Position numbers and translations under genes: made by a program
In this document: piece by piece, positions 36,027 through 45,521 of the stretch
Layout: each line of letters begins with the position of its first letter
Numbering within the stretch: the stretch's first letter is position 1
The notes under the pieces: generated by a model
Databases searched by the model: none
Told to the model about the DNA's origin: nothing
The model's input: only the letters and a program-made list of their open reading frames with translations
Virus record (IMG/VR): IMGVR_UViG_3300032797_000730
DNA length: 64,000 nt
Direction: 5' to 3' (one strand)
DNA from: an uncultured virus (IMG/VR IMGVR_UViG_3300032797_000730)
Taxonomy: Duplodnaviria > Heunggongvirae > Uroviricota > Caudoviricetes

Positions 36027-36931
36027 CGAAACTAAAACGCATCATAATAAACATAGCGTTCAACCGGCCCCAGTACCTGGAGCAGGTACTGGACGGGATA
36101 AGGGCGCAACACCTGGAGCCAGAAAAGTATGACTACGTGGCTTTCGTAGACGGCCCCAGGAATCTAAACAAAGGGGATAACATGGGGATATCGGAGAACC
36201 TCGTGCTCATCCAGAAGTTCATGACGGCGATGACGAACACGTTCAACGCCGCCACCGTGATATGCAGGGATGCCAACGTGGGCGTGGACGTGAACGTGCT
36301 CGATGCCCTCTACCAGGTGTTCGTCAACAACCACTACGACGAGGCCATCATCATCGAGGAGGACGTGGTGCCGCTCAAGGGATTCATCGATTGGATGGAA
36401 TGGGGGCTCAAGAACCTCGTGGGCAAGAAGGTGGACAAGTGCTGCGGCCAGGGCACGATCTTCAACGTCATCGGCTTCGGAGAGCCCAAGACAAAGGACG
36501 AGAATCCAGCGGCTTACCAGGTCGTGCGCTGGTTCACGCCATGGGGATGGGCAACGAAGGGGGATGTTTGGAAGCAGGCCTTCGAGCACAAGGTAAAGAA
36601 GATGTACACTAACGGCAGCATGACCTACGAGCAGTATGCAAAGGTGCACGAGGAGGCGTTCGAGCTGCATCCAGACAAGCACAAGTCCAAGTTCATCACG
36701 TGGCGCGGTGGCAAGGCAGTCCAGTACCAGTGGGGCTGGGACAACTTCACGAACATGGTCGGCGAGGTCCAGGACCTCTACGAGGCACATCCCATCGTGC
36801 CGAGGACCATCAACGTGGGGAAGGTCGGGATACACCAGGACGGGAACCAGGTTCTCCCGGAGCTCATGGAAAGGAAATGCACGAGCGAGAACTTCGACCT
36901 CATAAAAGACGGGTTTGTAGAGGTGGATTGA
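36023..36931 (+). CDS. GT-A glycosyltransferase (GT13/GnT-I-like)
   Basis: AFNRPQYL, FVDGP, IIIEEDVV, FTPWGWAT, GWD, RTINVG..G.H. Confidence 0.85.
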   Translation: MTKLKRIIINIAFNRPQYLEQVLDGIRAQHLEPEKYDYVAFVDGPRNLNKGDNMGISENLVLIQKFMTAMTNTFNAATVICRDANVGVDVNVLDALYQVFVNNHYDEAIIIEEDVVPLKGFIDWMEWGLKNLVGKKVDKCCGQGTIFNVIGFGEPKTKDENPAAYQVVRWFTPWGWATKGDVWKQAFEHKVKKMYTNGSMTYEQYAKVHEEAFELHPDKHKSKFITWRGGKAVQYQWGWDNFTNMVGEVQDLYEAHPIVPRTINVGKVGIHQDGNQVLPELMERKCTSENFDLIKDGFVEVD

Positions 36932-37123
36932 ATGGGATCGAAGGTGTTTGCGGACAAGTTTCGCGAGATAAGAAAGAGCCTTGATGATTTGAAAGGCGCC
37001 ATGACCGTGGACGATTTGAAAGAGATGGTGGACAAAAAAATCGAGTGGATCTTGAACATCCTCATAATATGGTTCGATGACGAGAAATACCCCGACGGGA
37101 TGGGGGATCTACGAAAGAACTGA
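36932..37123 (+). CDS. hypothetical protein
   Basis: 63 aa, GAGGTGG SD. Confidence 0.65.
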   Translation: MGSKVFADKFREIRKSLDDLKGAMTVDDLKEMVDKKIEWILNILIIWFDDEKYPDGMGDLRKN

Positions 37124-37136
37124 GCAGGTGAATCAA

Positions 37137-37811
37137 ATGGAATACAGGACATCAGAAACGCTCGAAGAAAGCAGGGCGCGCTGGGAACGCCTCGCAAAGA
37201 AGATGGACATCCAGTCCATCATCGGCAAGCCCATGGACAGGGAGGAGTTCTTTAGAACAGGAGAGAAGTCGGTAACCGAGCTCATCGCCATCATGGCACT
37301 CGTGGGCGCCAAGAGGGAAGGCACCATACTCGACTTCGGCTGTGGCATAGGCAGGGTGGCGAAGGCACTCATCCCTGTTTTCAAGAGGGTCGTTGGCGTG
37401 GACATATCACAAGACATGATAGACAAGGCGATGGCAAACGTGCCCATGGCCTGGTTCAAGCGGGCGGATGACCTGTCCTCTTTCAAGGACGGGGAATTCG
37501 ACGTGGTGTGGTCCCAGTTCGTCCTGCAGCACTGCCCGCAGGAAGTGCAGTTCAACACCATCAAGGAGTTCCTGAGGATAACCAAGCCTGGCGGGTTGAT
37601 AACGTTTGACGTGCTCGTCGGCAAGGACGAGCCAGGCCCGAGGTGGGGCGTGATATCTACCCATGATGACTACGCCGTTCTCATGTACAGCGTTCACGAG
37701 AGGGACGTGGACCGGGTACTCGTGCACGAGGGCAGCAGCGTCCTCAAGCTGTATCGTGACGGCGGTGCGTTCTGCAGGTATGCCATCTTGAAAAACAAGG
37801 GGGCGACGTGA
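37137..37811 (+). CDS. class I SAM-dependent methyltransferase
   Basis: ILDFGCGIGR, GVDIS, FDVVWS.FVLQH, LRITKPGG. Confidence 0.92.
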   Translation: MEYRTSETLEESRARWERLAKKMDIQSIIGKPMDREEFFRTGEKSVTELIAIMALVGAKREGTILDFGCGIGRVAKALIPVFKRVVGVDISQDMIDKAMANVPMAWFKRADDLSSFKDGEFDVVWSQFVLQHCPQEVQFNTIKEFLRITKPGGLITFDVLVGKDEPGPRWGVISTHDDYAVLMYSVHERDVDRVLVHEGSSVLKLYRDGGAFCRYAILKNKGAT

Positions 37812-39178
37812 TGGCAGGATACACTGTCATATCACTGTTCTACAACCAGCACGAGCGGCTCCCCATGCTCAAGCGAGCATGGGACGCCCAGACTGTCAAG
37901 CCAGACGAGATCATCATCGTGGACGATGGCAGCGACGATCCGGTAGAAGTGGATTGGGCGAGGGTGATACGGCTGCCTCACACGATGAACATCGCCCGCG
38001 CGAGCAACGTGGGCGTTGACGCCTGCAAGTCCGAGTACTACGTGATAACGTCGCCCGACACGATATACTCGCCCAACTTCGCCGGGGAATCCTTGCGGCT
38101 GATGACCACTACCCCTTGGGCATCCAAGATGATGTTCTACGGCGCGTGCGGTGATACCAAGTCTCCAGACAACCTGCCGCCGTTAAACTTTATCCCCGTA
38201 GCAGAAGCATGGCCCCCCGCGGCCCCATCCGCCTGGATGATGTGGAAGCCAGGCTTCCTTCGATTCGACGAGGCCTACAAGGGCTGGGGAAGGTACGACG
38301 ACGACTACGCCCTCCGGTTCATCCGCTCGGGCGGCAAGTTCTTTCCCGCCCCGGGGTTAGGCTTGTGGCACCTGGACCATCTATCACCACCCCTCTGCAA
38401 GAAGCGCGGCGAGAAACAACTATGGGAGTTCAAGGCGCCCGAGAATGACAACTACAGGAAGTTCACGGCCCTCAATCACCTGGAGGATGGCTACACGGTC
38501 ATCTCCCTCTTTTATAACCAGCACGAGCGCCTTGGCATTCTCAAGCGGTGGCTCACCGACCAGGTACTCAAGCCAAATGAAATAATCATCATGGACGACG
38601 GGAGCGACGAGCCCGTGAAGGTCGACTGGGCCCGCACCATCACCCTTCCCCATACCATGAACATTGCCAAGGCAAGCAACCTGGGGGTCCAGGCCGTGAG
38701 GACCAAGTACTTCGTCATCACCTCGCCAGACCTGCTATACTCGCCAAACTTCGCGTCCAGGTCCATCGAGTTGCTCGAAAGGAACGTGGGCATGTACGTG
38801 GTCGTCGGTGGCTGCGTTCCCGCCATGGACTCGCTCGTGTACATGAAAAACCCTCCCAAGTCGGTGTACCACGTCCCCGATGGAATATACAGCCAGCACC
38901 CTGCCGACTACGCGCCCACTGGATGGATAGAACGAACTGGCCATTTCCTGGGCTTCGACGAGAGAGCACTTGGCTGGGGATTCTATGACAACGAGTATTC
39001 CAACAGGTACGTTGCCGAGGGAGGGAAATACATCGTGTGCAACGACATCTGCATGTACCACTTGAACCACTGGGCCGATCCAAAGTGCCTAAGACGAATG
39101 AGGGATGAAGTGAAGTTCCGCGTCGACAATAGAAACCTGTATCTCATCCAGGGTGATCCTAAAGATGCAAAACACTAA
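37811..39178 (+). CDS. tandem double GT2 glycosyltransferase
   Basis: Two copies of YTVISLFYNQHERL...III.DDGSD...FDE...GWG.YD. Confidence 0.88.
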   Translation: MAGYTVISLFYNQHERLPMLKRAWDAQTVKPDEIIIVDDGSDDPVEVDWARVIRLPHTMNIARASNVGVDACKSEYYVITSPDTIYSPNFAGESLRLMTTTPWASKMMFYGACGDTKSPDNLPPLNFIPVAEAWPPAAPSAWMMWKPGFLRFDEAYKGWGRYDDDYALRFIRSGGKFFPAPGLGLWHLDHLSPPLCKKRGEKQLWEFKAPENDNYRKFTALNHLEDGYTVISLFYNQHERLGILKRWLTDQVLKPNEIIIMDDGSDEPVKVDWARTITLPHTMNIAKASNLGVQAVRTKYFVITSPDLLYSPNFASRSIELLERNVGMYVVVGGCVPAMDSLVYMKNPPKSVYHVPDGIYSQHPADYAPTGWIERTGHFLGFDERALGWGFYDNEYSNRYVAEGGKYIVCNDICMYHLNHWADPKCLRRMRDEVKFRVDNRNLYLIQGDPKDAKH

Positions 39179-40076
39179 CTATTATAGCAACGAGTTGAAG
39201 TTACTCGAGCACGTCCACGAGTTGAAGCTGATAACGACCATGCCACGCCCTATCGACATCGTCATCTCGCTCACGGGCGCGTGCAACCAGAAGTGCCCAT
39301 TCTGCTACGTGAAAGGCGAGAAGCCCCGTTGGAACCAGGGCGTGGATGACATCAAGAAGCTCATCGACATGGTAGAACCCAAGGCCGTGGAAATAAGCGG
39401 CGGAGAGGCCACGCTCCATCCGGGCCTGGACGAGCTCGTCGAGTGGATAGCCAGGCGTGGCATCAACGTGGCCCTCACGACGAACGGCACCCTCCTCCAC
39501 CTGCACACCAAGACCCTCCACATTTTCTCTTGGATACGCGTGTCCGTGAACGTGTACATCCATGGTAGCGAGAAGAGCGATCTCCTTCTCCTGGCCGAGA
39601 AAGAAATTCCCAAGACCACCACGTATGGCTACAACTACGTGTATAACAGGTACCAGCCGTTCTCCATGGGCGCGCTGATGGACTTCATGGCCCGCCACCC
39701 GCGGGCGGAATACTTGCGGGTATCTCCTGATATCAATTCCACGGATGACGAGCTCGTTAACTTCATCAACATGGAGATTCTTGTTGGCAGCAAGATATTC
39801 AAGTCCATCTTGCCGAAGTACAAGCCATACGATGGCCAGTGCTATTGCGGGTGGATAAAGCCGATGGTGGAGAGCAACGGGAACATCTATCCCTGCTTCC
39901 GCATCCTCGCCGATGGCTACAGGGACAAGGCCGTGCCGATAGGGCATATCAAGGACCCGACCTGCCTTTTAAAGTTCAAGGAGTTCACCCCGCACTGCGA
40001 GCGGTGCTATCTCCACGCCAGGAACGAGTTCGTGGACGCCCTCGTGAAGGGCATGAAACATGGAAACTTCGTGTAG
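39165..40076 (+). CDS. radical SAM protein with SPASM/twitch domain
   Basis: CNQKCPFC, SGGE, TTNG, CYCG...NGNIYPC...CERC. Confidence 0.92.
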   Translation: MQNTNYYSNELKLLEHVHELKLITTMPRPIDIVISLTGACNQKCPFCYVKGEKPRWNQGVDDIKKLIDMVEPKAVEISGGEATLHPGLDELVEWIARRGINVALTTNGTLLHLHTKTLHIFSWIRVSVNVYIHGSEKSDLLLLAEKEIPKTTTYGYNYVYNRYQPFSMGALMDFMARHPRAEYLRVSPDINSTDDELVNFINMEILVGSKIFKSILPKYKPYDGQCYCGWIKPMVESNGNIYPCFRILADGYRDKAVPIGHIKDPTCLLKFKEFTPHCERCYLHARNEFVDALVKGMKHGNFV

Positions 40077-40088
40077 ATGGTGGCGAGC

Positions 40089-40703
40089 ATGAACGATGAT
40101 TTTTTATTCTGGGAAAACGACTTCATTACCAAGAAGCACGGGAATCTCCAGGTCCTAAAAGGGTTCAAGTACCATGCAGGGTTAAAGATCGGGCTGAATT
40201 TATTGCACCAGGGCAGGCACGCGGCCCCGATAATCGTGGAGACAGGGACGCAGCGGGCGATAGACGATCCTGGTGGTTGTAGCACCCTGATCCTCGGGTG
40301 CTACCTCCAGAAGAAGGGAGGGCACTTGTGGACATGTGACATCAACCCCAAGAGCGTTGCAGCGGGCAAGGTTGCCACGGCCGAGTACAAGGATTTTATA
40401 ACATACGTTGCAGGCGACTCGATACAGTTTCTCAAGACATTTAGCGGGAGAATAAATCTCCTGTTCCTGGACAGCATGGACTGCGACCCAACGGGGGATG
40501 CGATCCCGGCGCAGGTACATCAGCGCGAGGAGTTCCTGGCGGCGGAGAGATGTTTCGTGAAAGGATCGGTCCTCGTCATGGACGACACGAACTTCCCGAA
40601 TGGCGGGAAAACCAGGCTGCTCAAGAACTTCATCCTGGACAATCGAACGGGGTGGAAGCTGATCTGCGATTATGGAGAGACGGTTTTCTACAAGGTGGAA
40701 TGA
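40089..40703 (+). CDS. SAM-dependent methyltransferase (Methyltransf_24-like)
   Basis: IVETGT, CDIN, GDSIQFL, LLFLDS, VMDD. Confidence 0.85.
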   Translation: MNDDFLFWENDFITKKHGNLQVLKGFKYHAGLKIGLNLLHQGRHAAPIIVETGTQRAIDDPGGCSTLILGCYLQKKGGHLWTCDINPKSVAAGKVATAEYKDFITYVAGDSIQFLKTFSGRINLLFLDSMDCDPTGDAIPAQVHQREEFLAAERCFVKGSVLVMDDTNFPNGGKTRLLKNFILDNRTGWKLICDYGETVFYKVE

Positions 40704-40704
40704 T

Positions 40705-41379
40705 ATGAAGAAGATCATCGTTTTGGGGGACAGCCACGGCCGCATCTTCGACGGGGTATTCCATAGAAAGGAGATACAGACAACTGCATACGGGTTGCTC
40801 GATGGAGAGAAAGGGAAGGAGCTGATAGCATCGATAAATAAAGCAGACGCCATCGTCCTCTCGGCCGGGGAATTGGACTGCCGCTTCCATGTCAACAATC
40901 AACGCGTCGTCACCGGCACGAGTTATGGCCTCGTGATAGATGCAATCCTCGAAAGGTTTGTTAGATACATCATGTCCATTCCTGTAAAGGTGTACGTGCT
41001 CGGGATACCGCCCGCTGGCTGGCAAAAGAACATTTACGGCGCCCCCAACTACGCGGCGCCCGAGCAGCACGCCGAGATATACAGGATGTTCCATGAAAAG
41101 GAGATGGAGAAGATGGAAAAATTTGGGATAACGTGCATCGACATGTATGCCCTGTTCGTCGGGCCTGACGGCCATTTTCTCCCGGAGTGGACGAAGGATG
41201 GCGTGCATCTCGTGAACAGCGCCGTGAACGTGGCACTCGGGGCCATATCCCCGGAGGCGTGCTGGAACCGGCACTGCGAGGAGTACCAGCAGGACTTCGA
41301 GATGCTTGCACTCGCCAGGGCCAAGAAACTCAAGGAGGAGAAAGAGAAATGCCAGAGCAAAGATGGGACGACCCCCTGA
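40705..41379 (+). CDS. SGNH/GDSL-like hydrolase or acyltransferase
   Basis: VLGDSH block I, GELDCR, DGVH block V. Confidence 0.82.
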   Translation: MKKIIVLGDSHGRIFDGVFHRKEIQTTAYGLLDGEKGKELIASINKADAIVLSAGELDCRFHVNNQRVVTGTSYGLVIDAILERFVRYIMSIPVKVYVLGIPPAGWQKNIYGAPNYAAPEQHAEIYRMFHEKEMEKMEKFGITCIDMYALFVGPDGHFLPEWTKDGVHLVNSAVNVALGAISPEACWNRHCEEYQQDFEMLALARAKKLKEEKEKCQSKDGTTP

Positions 41380-41663
41380 CAATAGAGCAGGTCGACCGGA
41401 TGTTTGAATCCTTTGAACGACTTGTCAGGCGAGAGGCGTCCGGCTCGTACCTTACCACGCTGTACGACGTGCTCGTGAGAAGGCTGTGCCCGGCGTGCAG
41501 GAAAACTAGGATGACCCTCGGGGATTACAAGGCCAAGGGGGGCACCGAAAAGCAATGGAACGACCCGCGGGTGATGGTCGTGTGCTGCAACTGCATGGGC
41601 CTGTTGAGCTTCGGCTTCTCCATCGAGGAAGTAATTGGCATGTACAAGGACCATAAAAGTTGA
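41349..41663 (+). CDS. zinc-ribbon protein
   Basis: CPAC...CCNC. Confidence 0.7.
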   Translation: MPEQRWDDPLTIEQVDRMFESFERLVRREASGSYLTTLYDVLVRRLCPACRKTRMTLGDYKAKGGTEKQWNDPRVMVVCCNCMGLLSFGFSIEEVIGMYKDHKS

Positions 41664-41668
41664 TTAAA

Positions 41669-41941
41669 ATGAAAGACAAATCCAACGAGAATGCCCTGAA
41701 CTGCAGGGTGGACAAGGTGCTGCTGAAACTCAAGAAGCCGGACGAGACGAACAGGGAGTTCGTCGAGCGGGCGTTGATATGCCTCCGCGACTTCAAGGGG
41801 AATGGCGAGGCCCAGGTGTACTACAACATCCTGGTGAAGCTGATAAAGGTGTTCGTGAAAGAAGGCCTCTTCGTCGGCACGATAACCGACAGGGAGGCCG
41901 TGGAGATACAAGACATAATAGACAAGGAGGGATTGGCATGA
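41669..41941 (+). CDS. hypothetical protein (possible ribbon-helix-helix)
   Basis: LNCRVDK.LL.LKKPDETNREFVERAL resembles RHH. Confidence 0.6.
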   Translation: MKDKSNENALNCRVDKVLLKLKKPDETNREFVERALICLRDFKGNGEAQVYYNILVKLIKVFVKEGLFVGTITDREAVEIQDIIDKEGLA

Positions 41942-42363
41942 GCAGAGAGATACTGACACCGGGCGGCGTGAAACACGCGCCAGAAACAGGGAAGCCCGCG
42001 CGTAGGCCGGGCTTCAAGTTCCACTACTGGGAATACTTTAAAAGCGAGCACGGCACGTTCTTCAGAGCGGGCACGCCCCAATATCAAGGCGAGGTCCTGG
42101 AGAATGACTTCGCCAAGAAGCTGGCTGCCGAGATACCCCTGAAACACCGGGCAGTTGGAAGGTGCATCAGCATAGTCGAGCACGTCCCTTCCGGGCACTA
42201 CGCGTTCGCCATCCTGCATCCAAGGGACCAGAAGGCCCTGTACGGAGGCAGGCTGTTCATAACGAACGAGCGCAAGTTCCGGGAGATGGGACGGCGCATA
42301 GCAGTGGGGCGCCTCAAGAAGGCGCACCCCGAGCTGTTCGAGGTCGATGTCAATGTCGGGTAG
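41938..42363 (+). CDS. hypothetical protein
   Basis: ATGA overlap; contains AILHPRDQ...GRRIAVGR. Confidence 0.7.
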   Translation: MSREILTPGGVKHAPETGKPARRPGFKFHYWEYFKSEHGTFFRAGTPQYQGEVLENDFAKKLAAEIPLKHRAVGRCISIVEHVPSGHYAFAILHPRDQKALYGGRLFITNERKFREMGRRIAVGRLKKAHPELFEVDVNVG

Positions 42364-42643
42364 AGGACCCGCGGGTTTCGACTTTGCCGCCGTGAGAAAG
42401 GCCCAGCCAAACGAGCAAAAGCCAGGGGAGAAAGAGAAGGAGAAAGACAGGGCGCCAAGGGAACCAAAAGAAAAGAAGCAGGACAACAAGCTACTTGCCG
42501 CTACGTTGCTACTCGGCGAGTCCCTTCCATTCCTAAGAAAACACGCATCGTACAAGATGAACTGGAATGGCACGAAGGAAGGCGAGCTGTGCCAGGCCCT
42601 GGTAGACCGGATAGACGCCCTCTTGAAATCCATGACCGGGTAA
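42347..42643 (+). CDS. hypothetical protein
   Basis: 98 aa, last gene before the intergenic promoter. Confidence 0.65.
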   Translation: MSMSGRGPAGFDFAAVRKAQPNEQKPGEKEKEKDRAPREPKEKKQDNKLLAATLLLGESLPFLRKHASYKMNWNGTKEGELCQALVDRIDALLKSMTG

Positions 42644-42697
42644 CTTTTTAACCCCCCGGCTTGTATTGAATTATGCCTTTTTTAAAATCAACGGTGA
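42639..42697 (+). promoter_or_regulatory. putative promoter and SD for nrdD
   Basis: GGTAAC-TTTTTAA and TTTTTAAAA AT-rich boxes; GGTGA 6 nt before TTG start. Confidence 0.5.
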
Positions 42698-42703
42698 GAA
42701 CGC

Positions 42704-44617
42704 TTGGTCGTAGAAATCCACCAGATATCACGGGGTAACCTTGGCCAGGAACCTGCCACGTGTGACGAGTTCCGTGGCCTGTTAAAATCACAAGATCCAT
42801 GGGTCCTCAAGAACCTTGGAATAGAATACACTGATCCTTTGGAATGGTTAAGAAAATACGACGCCGCAAGTACCATAGGAGAGATGACATCGAACCCGAA
42901 TGCCAGCGTCGGGAACCAGAAGAACTCCAGGAACAGGGCGTCCGAGATGGCCTCCCCATGGTTGAAGTTGAGGGGCCTCGACGAGCTGTGGTCATGGGGC
43001 AAGGAGGTGTTCGGGAAGGACTTCTCGCTCGACCCCGTCTTCTCCGGGAAGCTCTACATCCACAAGCTCTCGAAGCTAGACCGGCCCTATTGCGTCGGTG
43101 CGAGCTGCCTGGACATCATGCAGGACGGCCGCCCCTACGCTGACATTGTTGGCAAGCCCCCGAAACACTTCAGCTCGTTCATGGGCCAGATGTTCGAGTA
43201 TGTCCTCAACATGGTCGGCGACTGGTCTGGCGCGATAGCCGTGAGTGATTGGATGCCTGGCATGGCATACTACGTCCGCAAGGAGAAGGTTCCCGACACG
43301 GCGATACGCCAGGAATGGCAGGCCATCGTCCACAAGTTCCATAACAAGTGGCGAGAGGACGGCGACCCCCCGTTCACGAACACCTCTTTCAATTCCCCCT
43401 CGGTGCTCGAGGACATCTTCAAGACTGCCGTGTTCCCGGATGGCTCGAACGTGCTCGATTACAAGGACGAGATAATGCACGTGCAAGACGTGCTCCTCCA
43501 GTTCATGGCCGAAGGCGACCCCTCGAAGGCCGGCATCCAGTACAAGTTCCCGGTGATGACCGCCAACTTCAAGCCCGAGGACATCGGCTCCCCCTGGTGG
43601 GAGAAGGTAGCCAGGAAAAACAACGAGGGCTTCCTCAACATCTGCCACGCCGCCATGTTCGCCAGCTGCTGCCGCCTCCTCTCAGACTACAGGACCATGC
43701 TCAAGATGAAGCAGTACTCGAATGGTGGAGGGGGCATCAAGACAGGCTCTCACATGGTAGTAGCGCTCAATCTACCGGGCATAGCCAAGTCCACGAAAGG
43801 ATGGTCCGAGTTCATGGACGAACTTGGCGTGATGATCGACCACGCCGTGCGATATCTCTACATTCACAAGCACTTCATCTTGGGAAGGCGAATCAAGGAT
43901 GCATACAATCCTTTTCTCGCCAAGTTTCGTGATGATGCCGGTGATGTCCTTGACGTGGGCCCTTGGATGCACCTCAACATGTTTTTCAGCACCATCGGCG
44001 TGCACGGCGTGCCCGAGATGGTGCAGGAGTTCGGGGAGGACGTGACGGAGAAGCATGGCGCCCGGCTCGCCGAGAGGGTGCTCACGTATATCGTCAACAG
44101 GGCGAATGATTACAGCAAGCAATTCACCGAGAATGTTGGCGATGATGGCATCATCATGGTGTTCAACGTGGAACAGATACCGGCGGAATCGGCGAGCCAT
44201 ACCATGGCATCGTTCTTCGGTGACGAGATGTACTCGAACCAGTTCGTCCCGCTGGACCAGCCGATAGATATATGGAAGCGGGTAGAGATAGAAGGAAGGC
44301 TCTCCAAGATACTCACTGGGGGGAGCATGACGTTCCTGCATCTTGGCTCCGCCATGGACCCGGACCAATCGCTGCTGTTTCACAAGCGGGTGATGCAACG
44401 GAGCGGCGGGAATCTCAACCAGTTCTGCGTGGACTACGGGTTCTCGCTGTGCAAGAAATGCAACACGAAAGTAGTTGGCAGGGTCGAGAAATGCTCGTGC
44501 GGGAGGCCGATGCGGCACTACCAAAGGGTCGTGGGGTACATGGTCCCGGAGTCGTCGGTGAACCGCCCGAGAGTCGTTAATGATATAAGAAAACGTTTAG
44601 GTTACGAGCACTGGTGA
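42704..44617 (+). CDS. nrdD: class III anaerobic ribonucleoside-triphosphate reductase
   Basis: PYC, ASCCRL, GSHMVVALNLP, TIGVHG, EQIPAES, CKKC..CSCG, glycyl-radical motif RVVGY. Confidence 0.95.
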   Translation: MVVEIHQISRGNLGQEPATCDEFRGLLKSQDPWVLKNLGIEYTDPLEWLRKYDAASTIGEMTSNPNASVGNQKNSRNRASEMASPWLKLRGLDELWSWGKEVFGKDFSLDPVFSGKLYIHKLSKLDRPYCVGASCLDIMQDGRPYADIVGKPPKHFSSFMGQMFEYVLNMVGDWSGAIAVSDWMPGMAYYVRKEKVPDTAIRQEWQAIVHKFHNKWREDGDPPFTNTSFNSPSVLEDIFKTAVFPDGSNVLDYKDEIMHVQDVLLQFMAEGDPSKAGIQYKFPVMTANFKPEDIGSPWWEKVARKNNEGFLNICHAAMFASCCRLLSDYRTMLKMKQYSNGGGGIKTGSHMVVALNLPGIAKSTKGWSEFMDELGVMIDHAVRYLYIHKHFILGRRIKDAYNPFLAKFRDDAGDVLDVGPWMHLNMFFSTIGVHGVPEMVQEFGEDVTEKHGARLAERVLTYIVNRANDYSKQFTENVGDDGIIMVFNVEQIPAESASHTMASFFGDEMYSNQFVPLDQPIDIWKRVEIEGRLSKILTGGSMTFLHLGSAMDPDQSLLFHKRVMQRSGGNLNQFCVDYGFSLCKKCNTKVVGRVEKCSCGRPMRHYQRVVGYMVPESSVNRPRVVNDIRKRLGYEHW

Positions 44618-44623
44618 CGAGAT

Positions 44624-45061
44624 TTGAGCCTCAAAAACAAGGACAGTATCAAGGCCGAGGACGAGACAACCCTCGCCCTGATGAGCCAGGAGAAGCCCCA
44701 GAAAGGGGCGCCGGTAAAGCCAACCATGAAACCCCCGGCCGAGCGGCCGGTGGAACCAGCCGATCCAGCCGATCTCCCCCAGTTGAACCAGATAAACGCG
44801 GAGGGGCCGTTTCTCGACGTGAATGCCTTCGAGTACGTGCTGGCCGTTCCAAAAACGTTTGACAACCAAAAAATGTTTGATGTCGGTGGCAGGCAGTTCC
44901 TGGGGCTCGCGCCATCAAACTGGTGCGAGAACGTGAAGTTTTTCGTGAACGGCGTGCTCAAGAATTTCCAGTCCTTGAAGATCGAGCTGGACGGCACCCT
45001 GAAACTGGATTCAAGAAACAGGCCAGTTGCCCCGGTGCCAAAGGTGATCATCGATGGCTGA
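44624..45061 (+). CDS. hypothetical protein
   Basis: TTG start after GGTGA SD; Pro-rich N-terminus. Confidence 0.75.
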   Translation: MSLKNKDSIKAEDETTLALMSQEKPQKGAPVKPTMKPPAERPVEPADPADLPQLNQINAEGPFLDVNAFEYVLAVPKTFDNQKMFDVGGRQFLGLAPSNWCENVKFFVNGVLKNFQSLKIELDGTLKLDSRNRPVAPVPKVIIDG

Positions 45062-45521
45062 GGAGGAACCAATAGACACTGGAGGGGCCGCGAGGCATTT
45101 TCACACGGCCACGGTGATCACCGACAAGATTGCCAGGAAGGCCTCCTTCCAGGGCGTGCCGAAGGTCGACGCGAATAAATGCCCGTGGTGCGGGGGCCTG
45201 GACTCAATCGTGGACAACAGGTGCCAGATGCCTGGCTGCGGCAAGCCGGTGATATACACCGGGCCAAAACCCGTGGACGAGCCAGCCATCTCCAGCGACG
45301 AGGCTGACATGATAGCACGCCGCAGGGCCGAGAAGATGGAGAGCCTGGCAGGCATGGGCCCCCTGCCAGGGAACATCCGGGAGATGCGGAGGGAGATGCG
45401 GCGGCGTTTGGATGCCGCGGCCGCCACGGAACAGAAACCGGCGCCAAGGCCACGAAGGGCGCCGCCAGTGGCCATGCCCGACGAGGGCAGTGGACCAGCA
45501 GATACAACGGGTGAATTCTAA
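45054..45521 (+). CDS. zinc-ribbon protein with ADTTGEF tail
   Basis: CPWCG...CQMPGC; disordered tail ending ADTTGEF. Confidence 0.75.
   Translation: MAEEEPIDTGGAARHFHTATVITDKIARKASFQGVPKVDANKCPWCGGLDSIVDNRCQMPGCGKPVIYTGPKPVDEPAISSDEADMIARRRAEKMESLAGMGPLPGNIREMRREMRRRLDAAAATEQKPAPRPRRAPPVAMPDEGSGPADTTGEF

Noticed and set aside
10615..44617. Inteins or self-splicing introns in RFC, PolB or NrdD
   Set aside because: Motif spacing is continuous; no C...HN intein ends or LAGLIDADG inserts seen
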